Position numbers and translations under genes: made by a program. 64,000 nucleotides of DNA from NCBI GenBank assembly GCA_039818205.1, contig JBCBUK010000005.1, positions 32,001 to 96,000 of the forward strand. The letters run 5' to 3'. Below are positions 20,694-32,483 of this stretch, one piece after another. The notes beneath the pieces were generated by a model that was not told the DNA's origin, did no database searches, and saw only the letters and a list, made by a program, of their open reading frames with translations. The DNA comes from Verrucomicrobiota bacterium. GTDB lineage: Bacteria; Verrucomicrobiota; Verrucomicrobiia; Opitutales; Cerasicoccaceae. Numbering within the stretch: position 1 is the first letter of the stretch; every line of letters starts with the position of its first letter.

Positions 20694-21279
20694 AGTATAG
20701 AATGTTTTGCAGGTGAACGGTTCGCGTCTCCGCAGAGTTCAACTGGCTCGCCGGGCTAACCGTGCGGCGCTCCCATGGGATGAAACCCGCGAACCAGCAG
20801 CGCCAGAATCCAAGACCAACACCAGGATTCTCATCCAATAGTTCGCGAAAACTCTGCAGGCGCCCGATCTCTCGACCCGTCGCAGCCAGATAACACTCAT
20901 ACACAAACTTCGAGCAGTACTGGCCGCGGCCGTCGTAATCGAATCCGAGGTCATACCAGATACCCATCCGCGCCTTAGCCTCGTCGCCCAAGGCTAATTG
21001 CTCTTCTGGGGACAGTGGATCAATCGGGCGACGCACTTCGAATCGGCCGCGATCGCTCCGCCGAATAAACGAGGAGACGCTCACTCGCCGAGAGCGCGGG
21101 ATCGCACTTTCATAGACATAGACATCTCCGTCTGGCTCCCGAATAACCAGGCCAACGTGGGATGTCCAACTGTTCGTTGCCGCGGCAACCTGCCGAAACA
21201 AGAGGGTTGGTACAGCGATAAAAATCAGATCCCCGGTTTGCAGCTCATCGAGATCTACGGCTTTGGGTTGCGTATTCAT
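20647..21279 (-). CDS. YiiX/YebB-like permuted papain-like NlpC/P60 cysteine hydrolase
   Basis: GDLIF, SHVG, YDLGFD..GQYCSKFV (His before Cys, permuted), IPWERRTVSPAS. Confidence 0.88.
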   Translation of the reverse strand: MNTQPKAVDLDELQTGDLIFIAVPTLLFRQVAAATNSWTSHVGLVIREPDGDVYVYESAIPRSRRVSVSSFIRRSDRGRFEVRRPIDPLSPEEQLALGDEAKARMGIWYDLGFDYDGRGQYCSKFVYECYLAATGREIGRLQSFRELLDENPGVGLGFWRCWFAGFIPWERRTVSPASQLNSAETRTVHLQNILYSILALPQRIPQPMLR

Positions 21280-21466
21280 ACCACAGAGTCTGCTAGTTGC
21301 GTGCCAGGGCGACCGCCAATTTCGCAAGCCTTTCTAGGGTAGTCATTTAAGAAACCACACAAGTCACTTCTAATTCAGCAACCCATCCAAAAACGGGCCA
21401 CTTCTCAGCTAACTATACAGATTTTGAACGGCATCTGTTCCGAAATCTTGTCCGCAACAACAGTGA

Positions 21467-23086
21467 CTACCCGCTCAACGCTTCGACCAATACCTTGGCA
21501 AAAACCGTCATCATAATCAGCGCGATCGGATAAGCTGTCGCGTAGCTGACAACGGGCGATTGCGAGTCGGTTTTCGATGTGATCGCACCAAGCGCAGGCG
21601 TCGAGGTCATGCCACCGCAAATTCCGCCCAGCGCCTGAAGAATATTCATCTTGAAAAACTTCGTCGCCAGGGGCAACGAGATCGCAATGGGCGCGATCGT
21701 GAGAACGGCCCCCATCAAGAACAGCGTAATCCCATAGGTCTGCAGGGTTTCAATCATTGCTCCCCCACCCTTGACGCCTGCATCGGCCAGAAACAGTACG
21801 AGACCAAACTCCTGCAACAGCATACGCGTTGGTCTTGGAATATGACCGACGATGCGACCAACACGGCCGAAGTGCCCGAGCACTAAGCCAGTCAAGAGCG
21901 GCCCACCCGCGAGTCCGAGTGTCAACGGAGATCCGCCGGGCAGGGTCACAGGAATCAAGCCCACCACAATGCCCAAAGCCAAACCTAACGACAACGACAG
22001 CAAATCCGTCTCTCCCATCGCACTGCTGCGGTGCCCAACGACGTCACTGTATTCCTTTAGGGCTTCGGAACGCCCCACTACGGTGAGCACATCATGAAGT
22101 TCAATCACCGTCAATGCGTTGGGGACAAAAGTCAGCCCCAAGCGAGATATGCGGGTGATCACCACGCCATGATTCTTCAACGGGGACAACTCACGCATGG
22201 TTCTTCCCGCGGTTTCCTTGCTCGTGACCAAGAGTTCGCGTTTCTCGTTCTCAACGTCACGCAGCACCGACGATTCACACCGTCGCCCCAGGAAATCGAC
22301 CACAATATTGATTTCTTTGCTACGACCAACAATCAAGAGATGCTGGCCGGCTTCGAAGACGTCATCATAGCTCAACGGCTCCAACTTGTCACCGCGCTGA
22401 ACCCGCGACACCTGGCAGCCATTAAACTGAGCCAGGCCAGATTCCGAGATGCGCTTATCAATTAAATTGGGGTTAGTGACTTCAACGAGCACGGTTTCCA
22501 CCCGCATCTCATCCTCACGAGGATCCGCAGCATCATCCGCTGCTTTCTTAAGGTCCCACTTTAATACCCGCGGCAAGACCTGGATAAAGATTACCACCCC
22601 AGCGACACCAAAGGGATAAGCAATACCATAGCCGATCACGAGCGCTGATTCCCCAGCGCCGGTCAGACTTTCGCTGGCCGCCGCCAAGGCCGGAGTGCTG
22701 GTCAGCGAACCCGCAAAAATCCCCGCTGCCAAGTCCGCAGGTACATCAAGCAGCTCCGCCATCAAGTAAGCGAGCCCTGAGCCAACCACAACGATCAACA
22801 ACGCGAGCTTCGCCAGCTGACTGCCCTCGCGAGCGATTGCCGAGAAGAAACGGCCTCCCGCACCAATGCCGACGCAGTAAACAAACAGAACCAAGCCAAT
22901 GGAACCCACCGAACTCGGCAGCGCATACTGGAAGTGTCCCGCCGCAAGTGCCGTAAAAAGAACACCGGAACTTCCCAGGCTAACTCCCTTGATGCTAACA
23001 TTGCCGAGGAGCAAACCACCGCCAATAACCACAAAGAGCGCAATGAGCTCATTGCTCATCAGTGTTTCGATGACTCCGGACTCCAT
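21467..23086 (-). CDS. Aspartate:alanine exchanger (YidE/YbjL) family transporter with TrkA-C domains
   Basis: GIFAGSLTSTPALAAA, YGIAYPFGV, GGMTSTPAL, YATAYP duplicated motifs. Confidence 0.9.
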   Translation of the reverse strand: MESGVIETLMSNELIALFVVIGGGLLLGNVSIKGVSLGSSGVLFTALAAGHFQYALPSSVGSIGLVLFVYCVGIGAGGRFFSAIAREGSQLAKLALLIVVVGSGLAYLMAELLDVPADLAAGIFAGSLTSTPALAAASESLTGAGESALVIGYGIAYPFGVAGVVIFIQVLPRVLKWDLKKAADDAADPREDEMRVETVLVEVTNPNLIDKRISESGLAQFNGCQVSRVQRGDKLEPLSYDDVFEAGQHLLIVGRSKEINIVVDFLGRRCESSVLRDVENEKRELLVTSKETAGRTMRELSPLKNHGVVITRISRLGLTFVPNALTVIELHDVLTVVGRSEALKEYSDVVGHRSSAMGETDLLSLSLGLALGIVVGLIPVTLPGGSPLTLGLAGGPLLTGLVLGHFGRVGRIVGHIPRPTRMLLQEFGLVLFLADAGVKGGGAMIETLQTYGITLFLMGAVLTIAPIAISLPLATKFFKMNILQALGGICGGMTSTPALGAITSKTDSQSPVVSYATAYPIALIMMTVFAKVLVEALSG

Positions 23087-23272
23087 TATGTTAATAATTT
23101 CTTATTCTATGAAATTTATAAATCAGAAACACTAATCAATCTAGAACTTCGGTCAAGCGCCATTTATCCTGCTCTGATTTGGGAGATCTCGGGAAATATG
23201 TGCCCGCGCCCCAGATGTGACAATGTAAATATAGAGTTGCACCGGTCGGTGGAAGTCAGACCCTAGAGAGCG

Positions 23273-25063
23273 ATGGAGGAATCAATTTACGGGAGCATGG
23301 CTGTGATCCTTGCTTTGGGCGCGGCTGCGCAGTGGATCGGTTGGAGGATGAAGATTCCAGCAATCCTACTGCTTCTGGGCGCCGGTTTCGTCGTTGGTCC
23401 GATCACCGGCTTGCTGAATCCCAATGCAGTCTTTGGCGACCTGGTTTTTCCTATGGTGTCCGCCGCTGTCGCGATTATTTTGTTCGAGGGCGGGCTTACG
23501 CTGAAGTTTCATGACCTTCGACAAGCGGGCGTCACCATCGTTCGCCTGGTCTCCGTGGGCGTGGCCGTTACCTGGGCAATCGCCTTCGTGCTCACCCGGC
23601 AACTGCTAGGCTTCGAGCCGATGCTCAGTGCCCTCTTCGCCGCGCTACTGACCGTTACCGGCCCCACGGTAATCGGGCCAATGCTCCGCACCATCCGTCC
23701 ACGCGGTAAGGTAAAATACATGGCCAAGTGGGAAGGTATCTTGAATGACCCGATTGGTGTCATTCTCGCAGTCTTGGTCTTCGAAGTGCTCATTGCGGGT
23801 CAAGGAGCCGACGGTGGCGAGATCGTGTTGATGGGCCTGTTCAAAACCATTGTGTTTGGCGTTGGCGCTGCGTTGGTTTCCGCCGGGATTCTACTGGGTT
23901 TGGTTCGGGCGAAACTATTGCCCGAGTTTCTGCACAATTTCTTCGTGTTGGCGCTCGTGCTTGGCTCATTCAACATCGCCAATCATTTCCAGGAAGAATC
24001 GGGCCTGCTGACCGTGACTCTCTTTGGCATCATCCTCGCCAACCAAAACCATTTCGACGTCCGGCACATCACCGCCTTTAAGGAGAATCTGCAAGTCCTG
24101 CTCATCTCGACATTGTTCATCGTGCTTGCTGCACGGGTCGACCCGGCGTCGATTGAAATGATCAATCTCGGCAGCCTGATTTTTCTTGGTGGCTTGATCC
24201 TTCTCGTGCGACCGGTCGCCGTACTCGTCTCCACCATCGGCTCCGGCACCAACTGGCGAGAGCGTGTGCTGCTGATGATGCTCGCTCCCCGCGGTATTGT
24301 CGCCGTTGCGCTGACCTCGCTCTTTGCCCTCAAACTTGGCAAAGCTGGTTACGAAGAGGCCGAAACGATGCTGGCGGTAATGCTGCTTGTCGTCGTTGGA
24401 ACCGTCGCCTTTTACGGCTTGCTGGCAGCACCCGTTGCCGCTCGCTTGGGCCTATCCAACCTGGATCCTCAAGGCGTTCTTTTTGTCGGCGCACACGATT
24501 GGTCAATCAACGTCGCAAAGGAACTGAAGAGCCTGGGTGTCGATGTCGTGCTGATCGACTCTAACCGTTATCATATTTACCGCGCCAGCAAGCAAGAGAT
24601 GACTGCCTACGCGGGCAACGTATTTTCGGAGGAGTTCCTCGAAGAAATTGACTTCTCCAACATTGGCCACGCGGTTGCGCTCACGGGCAACGATGAGGTT
24701 AATGCATTCGCCCAGACCACCTTGCGCGAATACATCGAGCGCGCCGACATCTACCACCTGTTACCCGACTCCAGTTCGAATCCGCAAGATAATCAGGCGC
24801 GCAAGATGAACCCGCTCTTTGCTGAGGATGCGACCTATAACTATTTCGAGAAGCAATTCCGCAACGGCGCAACGCTTGACCACATTACGCTACGGGAGAA
24901 CTTCGATATGGCCGCCTTTGAAGACGAATACGGGTCGCGCGCCATCTTGATGTTTTGCGTCGAGGAGGACGGAACGGTCCGCATCTTCAGCGCGAAAACC
25001 AAGATCACGCCCAAGGAAGGCGCAACGCTTGTTTTCCTCAGAAAACCCAATCAGGAAAAATAA
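23273..25063 (+). CDS. CPA1 cation:proton antiporter with C-terminal TrkA-N domain
   Basis: AIILFEGGLTL, TGPTVIGP, WEGILNDPIG, APRGIVA. Confidence 0.9.
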   Translation: MEESIYGSMAVILALGAAAQWIGWRMKIPAILLLLGAGFVVGPITGLLNPNAVFGDLVFPMVSAAVAIILFEGGLTLKFHDLRQAGVTIVRLVSVGVAVTWAIAFVLTRQLLGFEPMLSALFAALLTVTGPTVIGPMLRTIRPRGKVKYMAKWEGILNDPIGVILAVLVFEVLIAGQGADGGEIVLMGLFKTIVFGVGAALVSAGILLGLVRAKLLPEFLHNFFVLALVLGSFNIANHFQEESGLLTVTLFGIILANQNHFDVRHITAFKENLQVLLISTLFIVLAARVDPASIEMINLGSLIFLGGLILLVRPVAVLVSTIGSGTNWRERVLLMMLAPRGIVAVALTSLFALKLGKAGYEEAETMLAVMLLVVVGTVAFYGLLAAPVAARLGLSNLDPQGVLFVGAHDWSINVAKELKSLGVDVVLIDSNRYHIYRASKQEMTAYAGNVFSEEFLEEIDFSNIGHAVALTGNDEVNAFAQTTLREYIERADIYHLLPDSSSNPQDNQARKMNPLFAEDATYNYFEKQFRNGATLDHITLRENFDMAAFEDEYGSRAILMFCVEEDGTVRIFSAKTKITPKEGATLVFLRKPNQEK

Positions 25064-25323
25064 GCTTCGCTCGACTGAGTGTTGGCAAAAAGCTGGTTGA
25101 TCCCGTTCGCTTGGTCCCGCCAAGGTAGGGATTTGTTGGCGAAATCTTTTCGATAATAACGAGCGACTACTTCACTGGTCTCTCGCTCGTCCAACTCTCG
25201 CACAATGCGGCGAATTCGGTTCCATTCATAAAATGCGATCAGCCCGATCATGATCATCGAAGAATTCAACAGGCCGAAATTGAAGCGGACAAAAACGGAA
25301 AGAGCACCCAAAACGGCGATCAA
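25051..25323 (-). CDS. Small hypothetical membrane protein
   Basis: 90-aa ORF, TTG start, hydrophobic N-terminal half. Confidence 0.4.
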   Translation of the reverse strand: MIAVLGALSVFVRFNFGLLNSSMIMIGLIAFYEWNRIRRIVRELDERETSEVVARYYRKDFANKSLPWRDQANGINQLFANTQSSEAYFS

Positions 25324-25391
25324 TCACCAATTGATCATCGGACCCACAAGTTCGGAGCGCTTCATTGCCGCAGAAACTGAATCGTAGGAAC

Positions 25392-25886
25392 CTACTTGTT
25401 GCGAATCGAGAAAAGCGAACCCGCCAGCCAAACGTCGGTATTGCGCAGGCGCAGGCTAATCTCACGCGCCAGATTCATGACGACTTGCGAGAAGGTCATG
25501 ATATCGTCTTCGGTCGCGTAGCGAAGATCATCTCGCGATAAGGAAAGGCAAAATGTCTCGTCGAGCGCGCGAACAGTGGCCGATCGTGGCTGGCTATCAA
25601 CCAGCTCCATTTCACCAAAGGTTTCACCCTTCTGCAAAACCGCGATGCGCTCCGAAGTAATTTGCTCTTTATTGAAAACCTTCTTCTCAATGACCACCCT
25701 TCCGGAAGAGATCATATAGAGGCGGTTTCCTGATTCTCCCTCGCGGATGATGATCTGCCCCGGCTCGAATTCTTCCTTGTGGAGCACCTGTAAAAATCGC
25801 TCGAGCGCCGCTTCATTAATTTTGTGAAACAGCGCGTGTTTACGGAGCAAATCGGCTCCTCCTTCAAGAACTTTTGCGTCGGACAT
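25392..25886 (-). CDS. Stand-alone cyclic nucleotide-binding domain protein
   Basis: IIREGESG..LYMISSG, GETFGEMEL..PRSATVRA; no HTH. Confidence 0.88.
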   Translation of the reverse strand: MSDAKVLEGGADLLRKHALFHKINEAALERFLQVLHKEEFEPGQIIIREGESGNRLYMISSGRVVIEKKVFNKEQITSERIAVLQKGETFGEMELVDSQPRSATVRALDETFCLSLSRDDLRYATEDDIMTFSQVVMNLAREISLRLRNTDVWLAGSLFSIRNK

Positions 25887-25933
25887 GGAAAGCGTAATTG
25901 CAGAAATTTATCATCGAGACAGCCAGTGCCTAG

Positions 25934-27343
25934 TCATACATCAAAATACATACTAAACTCATGTGGGTGAGGACGCAAGCGAATCGCGTCATGTTCCGCC
26001 TGTTTCAGTTCCAGGTAGTTTTTGATGAAATCATCGGTGAACACGTCGCCCTTGAGCAAAAATTCATGATCCTCACGGAGCGCATCGAGAGAGCCCTGCA
26101 AACTCCCAGGCACCCGGGCCACGTTGGCGGCTATCTCCGGTGGCAAATCGTAGAGATTCTTGTCCATTGCCTCACCTGGATCGATCTTGTTCTCGATGCC
26201 ATCCAAACCAGCCATGAGCAGCGCCGAGAATGCCAGATAAGGATTCGCCGCCGGATCCGGGCAGCGGAACTCGACCCGAATCGCCTTGGGATTGCTTGAA
26301 TAAGTCGGAATTCGGCAAATCGCGGATCGGTTTCGGGCGGAATAGGCCAACATGACGGGTGCTTCGAAGCCTGGTGCCAAGCGCTTGTAGGAATTTGTCG
26401 TCGGATTCGTCAAGGCGCACAACGCGGGCGCGTGCTTGAGCAGGCCACCAATGTAATACAAGGCAGTTTGCGACAAGTTGGCGTAGCTTTCGCCCGCCAT
26501 CAAGGGTTTGCCTCCCTTCCAGAGTGATTGGTGGGTGTGCATTCCCGAACCATTGTCACCATATAGTGGCTTCGGCATGAAGGTGGCTGTTTTCCCACGA
26601 CGGGCCGCCACATTCCGGACCACATACTTGTAGACGCACATATTGTCCGCCATTTGGAGCAAGGTATCGTATTTCAGGTCGATTTCGGCCTGACCGCCAG
26701 TGGCGACCTCATGATGCTGGGCCTCGACCACCAAGCCAAGCTCCTGCATCACGGCAACCATCTCATTGCGGATGTCCATTGTTCTGTCCGCTGGCGGACA
26801 AGGCAAATAGCCTTCCTTGGGCCGAATTTTGTAGGCTTGGTTCGGAAACTCCTCGCGACCGGTGTTCCAGGCTCCCTCGACGGAATCGACGTGGTAAAAC
26901 GCCTCGTTGGTTGCACCACCAAACCGGGCGTCATCAAAAATAAAAAACTCTGCCTCCGGGCCAAAAAACGCCTGATCAGCAAATCCGCTGGCGAGCAGAT
27001 ATTGTTCGGCCTTTTTGGCCACACCCCGCGGTGACCGCTCGTAGGGCTCCCGCGTGATGGGATCTTCGACATCGCAAAGCAGGCTCAAGGTCGGCAATTC
27101 GACAAACGGATCCATCCAGGCAGTTTCCGGATCCGGGATGACGAGCATGTCCGATGCTTCAATGCCTTTCCAACCACGAATGGACGATCCATCAAAGCCC
27201 AAACCCTCCGAAAACAGCTCCTCGTTCAGCTGCGAAACTGGGATGGAAAAATGCTGCCATGAACCATGAATGTCACAAAACTTCAGGTCGACCATTTTGA
27301 CGTCTTTGGCCTTGGCGAGAGCAAGAACTTCTTTCGGTGTCAT
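25934..27343 (-). CDS. glnA: Glutamine synthetase type I
   Basis: [51 protein letters not shown] (adenylylation Tyr present). Confidence 0.97.
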   Translation of the reverse strand: MTPKEVLALAKAKDVKMVDLKFCDIHGSWQHFSIPVSQLNEELFSEGLGFDGSSIRGWKGIEASDMLVIPDPETAWMDPFVELPTLSLLCDVEDPITREPYERSPRGVAKKAEQYLLASGFADQAFFGPEAEFFIFDDARFGGATNEAFYHVDSVEGAWNTGREEFPNQAYKIRPKEGYLPCPPADRTMDIRNEMVAVMQELGLVVEAQHHEVATGGQAEIDLKYDTLLQMADNMCVYKYVVRNVAARRGKTATFMPKPLYGDNGSGMHTHQSLWKGGKPLMAGESYANLSQTALYYIGGLLKHAPALCALTNPTTNSYKRLAPGFEAPVMLAYSARNRSAICRIPTYSSNPKAIRVEFRCPDPAANPYLAFSALLMAGLDGIENKIDPGEAMDKNLYDLPPEIAANVARVPGSLQGSLDALREDHEFLLKGDVFTDDFIKNYLELKQAEHDAIRLRPHPHEFSMYFDV

Positions 27344-27500
27344 GCGTGCAAAGGAAAAGGAATGTTTTTTAGGTTTGCGAGCATTTAGCGCGCTCGACTA
27401 GGGAGAGGATGCCTAAATTACGCTAGAGGTATCTTCGAGGGTGTCGGGTCTCCCGCCAAACCCATGCTCATCGGGTTAAACTCCGGGATCGATACCTCCC

Positions 27501-29540
27501 GTGGAACAAAGCACCCGAGTGATCGAAACACTCGTCCCAATCAAAATCCCAACCATGCCTCGACGCCCAAATAAAAAGAATAAAATCATCGTGTTCGGCG
27601 AACTAACGCTCGCGAACTGCTTGGACTGGTGCGTCGTTTTGACTCTGGCATTAACGATTTGCTTCACGATTTTCCAGGTCGGCGGTGCCCGCCCAGAGAC
27701 CATGGTGATCTCATCCTTTCTCATAGGCATTGCGCTGGTCTTACACACCCTTTCGCTGATTGCCGAAAAGCCGACTGAGCCATTTCGGCTCAGCATGCTG
27801 GGCTTCATCTTCCTGCCCTATTGGCTTTATCTGCTGGTTCAATGGCTTTTCCTGACCGACTACCCATGGAAGGGCCAGGAAGAATTGATGATCATGACTC
27901 AGGGCATCATCATTTTTTGGCTCGTGATGAATGGGTTTCGCACGCGGAACCATGTCTGGGTGATGATGCTTGCGCTACTCGGGATCTCCAGCCTGAGCGT
28001 ACTGATCGCGATCATGCAGTATTTTCACAGCCCTGAGTGGCTCCCGAAAATCATCGACCCGATTAACGGCGAATCCTACCCAGTTAAGTTATCCGAACAG
28101 TATCACGGCCGGGCTTCGGGAACTTTTGGAGCACCGACTTCCTATTCGGTACAGATGCTCATGATCGGCTTTGCCCTACTCGCAGCAGGGTTTTCCAAAC
28201 GCTTCTCCAGCATGGCGCGGGCGTTTCTCGTGTATATCGGCTTTATGATGCTCGCGGGTATCATCATGTCGATTACCCGTGGCGCCCTATTGCTCATGAT
28301 CGGCGGCTTGTTTTTGATCCCCATCGTCACGCGGGCCAAGCTAAAGACAGTGCTGATCGCCTGGATGTTGTCTATTATTGGCATCGGGATCACGGGATTT
28401 ACGATGCTTCAGATCAGCGACTCGTTTCGCGATCGGGTTGTGCGAGCCATCGATGAAGGTGGAGAAACCACCCGCCCCGCGATGTGGAACGCTGCCTGGC
28501 AGCAGTTTCTCGAAGCGCCCGTGCTCGGCAATGGACTGGGCGCCTACGAGTTCAAGTTTGAAGAACATCGGCCGGAGGGCTTTAACCGCAGTCCGAAACA
28601 CGCACACAATGACTACTTGGAGACCCTCGCGGACCAAGGGGTTGTTGGCTTCGCCCTTTTCTGGTTGCCCGTAATTTTCATTGCGATTCTTGCCGCCAAA
28701 GAGTGGTTCAACCAACCAGATTTGGTCCGGCTTAGCGGGCTCGATACCAAAGTGAAACGGAGTATGCGTATGCCGACTCCAAAGCTGCTGATAGGCTCCT
28801 TAGGCCTCGGAATGGCTCTGTTCTGCGCGCACCTGTTCCTCGAATTCCACCTGCGGGTACCCGGCCTCCTATTTTTATTCTTCCTCTTCCTTGCTGTTAT
28901 CGCCAAGTGCGTTCCGATGCCACGAGTCAGCCTTCCCCGAAATTTGGTGAGCATCTTAGGTGTATTGGCGTTGGGCTTCGGTTTGGCCGTCGCCCTGCCC
29001 CTATGGGAGGCACCACGTTTTGCCGCGTTGGTGCACATCCAGAACGGCCAAGCTCAACTGCAGAAATTCATCTCCAACCTCGATGAGTATAAACGGGATG
29101 AAGCCTACTATGAGACAATGATCGAGTCGCTCAAATTGGGGACTGAGCGGGCCCCAGGAAACGCGATAGCCTGGTCCAACTTGAGCAACGCAATTGCCCT
29201 GCAAAACATGCTGCGTCCAAGCCAAAACCGAGAGTTTGGGCAGGAATCTGAGGGCTACGCACGACGAGCTTTAGAACTATACCCTAGAGACGCAACTGCC
29301 TGGATCAACCTTGGGCATGCCCTATCACTCCAAGGCCGCATGATTGAGGCCCGCCAGGCTTACGAAAAAAGCGTGGAGCTGGCACCGAATCGAGCCGATG
29401 TCTGGCACCACTACGCGTCACACCTGAACCATTTGAAATCGACTCGCCCGGAAGCGCTCACGGCGATTGACCGGGCGCTAGAACTGGAACCCGGTCGAGG
29501 CGAGTCCCTCGAACTACGCCGCAAGATTCTTGTCCCTTAA
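27501..29540 (+). CDS. O-antigen ligase family protein with C-terminal TPR repeats
   Basis: Multiple TMs, [36 protein letters not shown]-like [15 protein letters not shown]; start uncertain. Confidence 0.85.
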   Translation: MEQSTRVIETLVPIKIPTMPRRPNKKNKIIVFGELTLANCLDWCVVLTLALTICFTIFQVGGARPETMVISSFLIGIALVLHTLSLIAEKPTEPFRLSMLGFIFLPYWLYLLVQWLFLTDYPWKGQEELMIMTQGIIIFWLVMNGFRTRNHVWVMMLALLGISSLSVLIAIMQYFHSPEWLPKIIDPINGESYPVKLSEQYHGRASGTFGAPTSYSVQMLMIGFALLAAGFSKRFSSMARAFLVYIGFMMLAGIIMSITRGALLLMIGGLFLIPIVTRAKLKTVLIAWMLSIIGIGITGFTMLQISDSFRDRVVRAIDEGGETTRPAMWNAAWQQFLEAPVLGNGLGAYEFKFEEHRPEGFNRSPKHAHNDYLETLADQGVVGFALFWLPVIFIAILAAKEWFNQPDLVRLSGLDTKVKRSMRMPTPKLLIGSLGLGMALFCAHLFLEFHLRVPGLLFLFFLFLAVIAKCVPMPRVSLPRNLVSILGVLALGFGLAVALPLWEAPRFAALVHIQNGQAQLQKFISNLDEYKRDEAYYETMIESLKLGTERAPGNAIAWSNLSNAIALQNMLRPSQNREFGQESEGYARRALELYPRDATAWINLGHALSLQGRMIEARQAYEKSVELAPNRADVWHHYASHLNHLKSTRPEALTAIDRALELEPGRGESLELRRKILVP

Positions 29541-29980
29541 TGGAGCCGACGGTCATCATCCGGCACCCGAAGGAGCGCCTGAGCAAATGTACGCTGGAGC
29601 CGTTGAGGGGGCGACCCGATCTCGTGTTCCATCGGGCTTCCGAAAGCTTCGAGTTCGATGCGACCGGCTACACGTTACTGGCGATGGACTCCCCGGAACT
29701 CTCACCAGAGGACGCTGGGCGACCACTTTTGCTGCTCGATGCAACCTGGCGCCTGCTACCCCAGGTCGTTGAATGCGTGATTGGCGAAAGCATTCCACGA
29801 ACCCTCCCCGCGAACATCAAAACCGCTTACCCCCGAATCAGTAAAATCGCAGAAGATCCGTTGGGTGGCTTAGCCTCGGTCGAGGCACTCTACCTCGCCC
29901 ATCGCATGCTTGGCCACGATGACCCGACACTCCTTGAGCACTACTATTGGCGCGAAGAATTTCTAAGCCAATTTCAGTAA
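29540..29980 (+). CDS. TDD-superfamily (Tsr3/DUF367-DTW-like) putative aminocarboxypropyl transferase
   Basis: [17 protein letters not shown] (DxTW), [12 protein letters not shown]. Confidence 0.75.
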   Translation: MEPTVIIRHPKERLSKCTLEPLRGRPDLVFHRASESFEFDATGYTLLAMDSPELSPEDAGRPLLLLDATWRLLPQVVECVIGESIPRTLPANIKTAYPRISKIAEDPLGGLASVEALYLAHRMLGHDDPTLLEHYYWREEFLSQFQ

Positions 29981-30526
29981 TGGCTGCTGCTGGCGCGCCT
30001 CAAGCTCCAATAGCTGACGTTTAATGTCGAGCCCTCCCGCATAACCACCAAGACCGCCGCCTTTATTAATGACGCGGTGACAAGGCACAATAATTGCGAG
30101 CTGATTCTTCCCGTTAGCGCCGCCGACTGCCCGGATTGCTGCCGGATTTTCAATCGCCTCAGCAAGCTCGGCATAGGACCAGGTTTCGCCATAGGGAATT
30201 GTTTGGAGAGCACGCCATACGGTCTGCTGAAAATCGGTTCCGCCGAGAACAAGCGGGGTCGCGAATTCAGTCAGTTCCCCGCGAAAATACCGCGCCAGCT
30301 CGTCTTCAATCTGGTCAGTGATCGCGGTCCTGCCCGTAACGATCGTGAAGCGCTCGTGCATGCGATCCATCTCAGCCGAAAGCGCCCGGCGACCTTCGAA
30401 CTCCAAAAGATGCAACGCATGCTCGTCGGCCAGGGCAATCATGGCGCCGGATGGCGTTTCGATTCTAGCAGAAAAAAGCGTTGGGCAATCAACGGAAACT
30501 GGCGGCAATTCGAGCGATACTGACAT
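29963..30526 (-). CDS. ogt: Methylated-DNA--protein-cysteine methyltransferase
   Basis: [37 protein letters not shown]. Confidence 0.93.
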   Translation of the reverse strand: MSVSLELPPVSVDCPTLFSARIETPSGAMIALADEHALHLLEFEGRRALSAEMDRMHERFTIVTGRTAITDQIEDELARYFRGELTEFATPLVLGGTDFQQTVWRALQTIPYGETWSYAELAEAIENPAAIRAVGGANGKNQLAIIVPCHRVINKGGGLGGYAGGLDIKRQLLELEARQQQPLLKLA

Positions 30527-30574
30527 GAGCGAAGCGTAGCATCAATTTCGCCATCAATCAATCGGGCATTACAC

Positions 30575-31447
30575 TCAATTATTCGCGGTCTGAACCGTAC
30601 GGTGGCGCAGAACGATGATCACAATCCCCGCAATGATCATGAACAAAGAGTAGAATGCCCCCCGCGAAAGCCCCATGATCAAACTGGCATCTGGCTCCCG
30701 GAAGAATTCTCCGACGACACGCAATACCGCGTAGCCAATCAGAAATTCCCCCGTGAGCTGCCCGAGGGGTCGCTTACCGGGCTTACTTAGCCAGAATCGC
30801 AATTGCAAATAGATGGTCAAGAGAAGCCCTTCCAAAGCCGCCTGGTAAAGTTGTGATGGATGCACTGGCAGCGTCCAAAAATACTCAGCGTACCCCTGGT
30901 CATTGACGCGAACATCGAGGAAGTGCATTGCCCAGGAGACATCCGTCACCCGGCCATAGAGTTCCCCATTGATGAAATTGGCTAGCCGGCCCAGCAAGAC
31001 ACCGGGCGGACCAAGGGTTACGGTGATATCAGCGACCTGCCAGAACGAGGTTTTGGTCTTATAGGCGAACCAGATCATCCCAAGGAGGATTCCAACCATG
31101 CCGCCGTGACTCGCCATACCCCCTTCCCACAACTTGAACAGGACCAAGGGATTCTCCAGAACGGCATCCAATCGGTAGAGCAGATAATAGCCAACGCGCC
31201 CGCCAACGATCACGCCTACAACAATCGCGGTTAGCAGGTCGGCTTGTTGAGTGGCGTTGTACGGGGAACGCCCGCGCTTAAAATACAACTGCAACAGGAA
31301 CCAGGCGATCGCGAAGCCGGCCACATAAGCCAAACCATACCAACGAATTCCATCCAAGGGCCAGCCCTCGGGGAACTGGATCAGGAAGGGATCCCAATCA
31401 TGAATGCGATAAGGAGTATCCGGTGGCGGTGGAATCTGGGCGATCAC
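30575..31447 (-). CDS. lgt: Prolipoprotein diacylglyceryl transferase
   Basis: IRWYGLAY, GGRVGY, WEGGMASHGG, GRLANFINGELYGR, HPSQLYQA, EFFREPD; GTG start at 31447 inferred. Confidence 0.95.
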   Translation of the reverse strand: MIAQIPPPPDTPYRIHDWDPFLIQFPEGWPLDGIRWYGLAYVAGFAIAWFLLQLYFKRGRSPYNATQQADLLTAIVVGVIVGGRVGYYLLYRLDAVLENPLVLFKLWEGGMASHGGMVGILLGMIWFAYKTKTSFWQVADITVTLGPPGVLLGRLANFINGELYGRVTDVSWAMHFLDVRVNDQGYAEYFWTLPVHPSQLYQAALEGLLLTIYLQLRFWLSKPGKRPLGQLTGEFLIGYAVLRVVGEFFREPDASLIMGLSRGAFYSLFMIIAGIVIIVLRHRTVQTANN

Positions 31448-31493
31448 GGCGCAATGGATGTCAACCGAGGTCAGGAGGTCAATGCGTAACCGA

Positions 31494-32483
31494 TCAGGCC
31501 TCGATCTTATCGATCTCGGTGAGCCAGGATTCGCGCTTGGGCTCGTCAACGAGGGCTATCTCCAGTCCATTGCGAGCCAGTTGCTTCAGCTCAGAACGTG
31601 AGAATCCCCGATGTTTCGCCAATACCTCGTAGTCATCAATTAAGTCGTTACCAAAGCAAATCGGGTCATCGGTATTGACGGTAACTTTGACCCCCTGGTC
31701 AAACAGTTCGCGGATCGGGTGATTGTCCAACGAGACACCGGGCATGAGCTTGGCATTGCTGATTGGGCACATGTCCAGAGCAACCTGCTCTTGCTTTAGC
31801 AGCTCCACGACACTGGGGTCATCGATCGACCGTGTTCCATGTTCGATTCGTTGGGCGCCGGTTTCTTGAATAATTCGGCGCACAAAATCTGCTCCCATGA
31901 ACTCGCCGGCATGGGCTTTCGTGTATTTGCCCGCCGCCCGCGCTGCGGCCCAGATCTCGGCCGTCCAAGGCTCCAGCGGCAGGTCTTCCGGGCCGTGTAA
32001 ATCAAGCCCAGCAAATCCCTTCCACTGAAGGGAATCTTCGATCACGGGCCGCATCTTGGGACCGCAACCGCTGTGGTGGATGCCCATAAATACTCGCACC
32101 TCAAGACCCGACGGCGCCGCCTCCTGGATTGCTTGAGAGACCGCTTTACCGTCGAGGCCTCCAAATTCAACCACCCCGCTGGCGAAGCTACATTCAACGT
32201 AGCGAACACCCAGTTCTAGGTGTCGCTCGAATTGATACTTGGCTGAGCGATAGTATTGCTCTGGCGAGGTATAGAAAGCAAAGACCATCTCGAGCAGCTG
32301 GGTCTCGAAATGGGCAAAATCATCGTATTTGAAATCGTCGGCCCAGGATTCGATCTCTTGCTGATGTGGCCACACCTCTTGAAGCAGCGGCAAAGGCAAG
32401 CCACCTTCAATATGCAAATGCGTTTCGGTCTTCGGCAGCGCTCGAATAAACGCGCGGAGCTCAGGGTCAGGTTGGGTAAGCAT
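31494..32483 (-). CDS. Adenosine/adenine deaminase family protein
   Basis: LPKTETHLHIEG, HAGE, RIEHG, CPISN, VNTDDP. Confidence 0.9.
   Translation of the reverse strand: MLTQPDPELRAFIRALPKTETHLHIEGGLPLPLLQEVWPHQQEIESWADDFKYDDFAHFETQLLEMVFAFYTSPEQYYRSAKYQFERHLELGVRYVECSFASGVVEFGGLDGKAVSQAIQEAAPSGLEVRVFMGIHHSGCGPKMRPVIEDSLQWKGFAGLDLHGPEDLPLEPWTAEIWAAARAAGKYTKAHAGEFMGADFVRRIIQETGAQRIEHGTRSIDDPSVVELLKQEQVALDMCPISNAKLMPGVSLDNHPIRELFDQGVKVTVNTDDPICFGNDLIDDYEVLAKHRGFSRSELKQLARNGLEIALVDEPKRESWLTEIDKIEA

Noticed and set aside
27344..27500. Glutamine riboswitch or sigma-54 promoter upstream of glnA
   Set aside because: Only short hairpins; no TGGCAC-N5-TTGC and no recognisable riboswitch consensus
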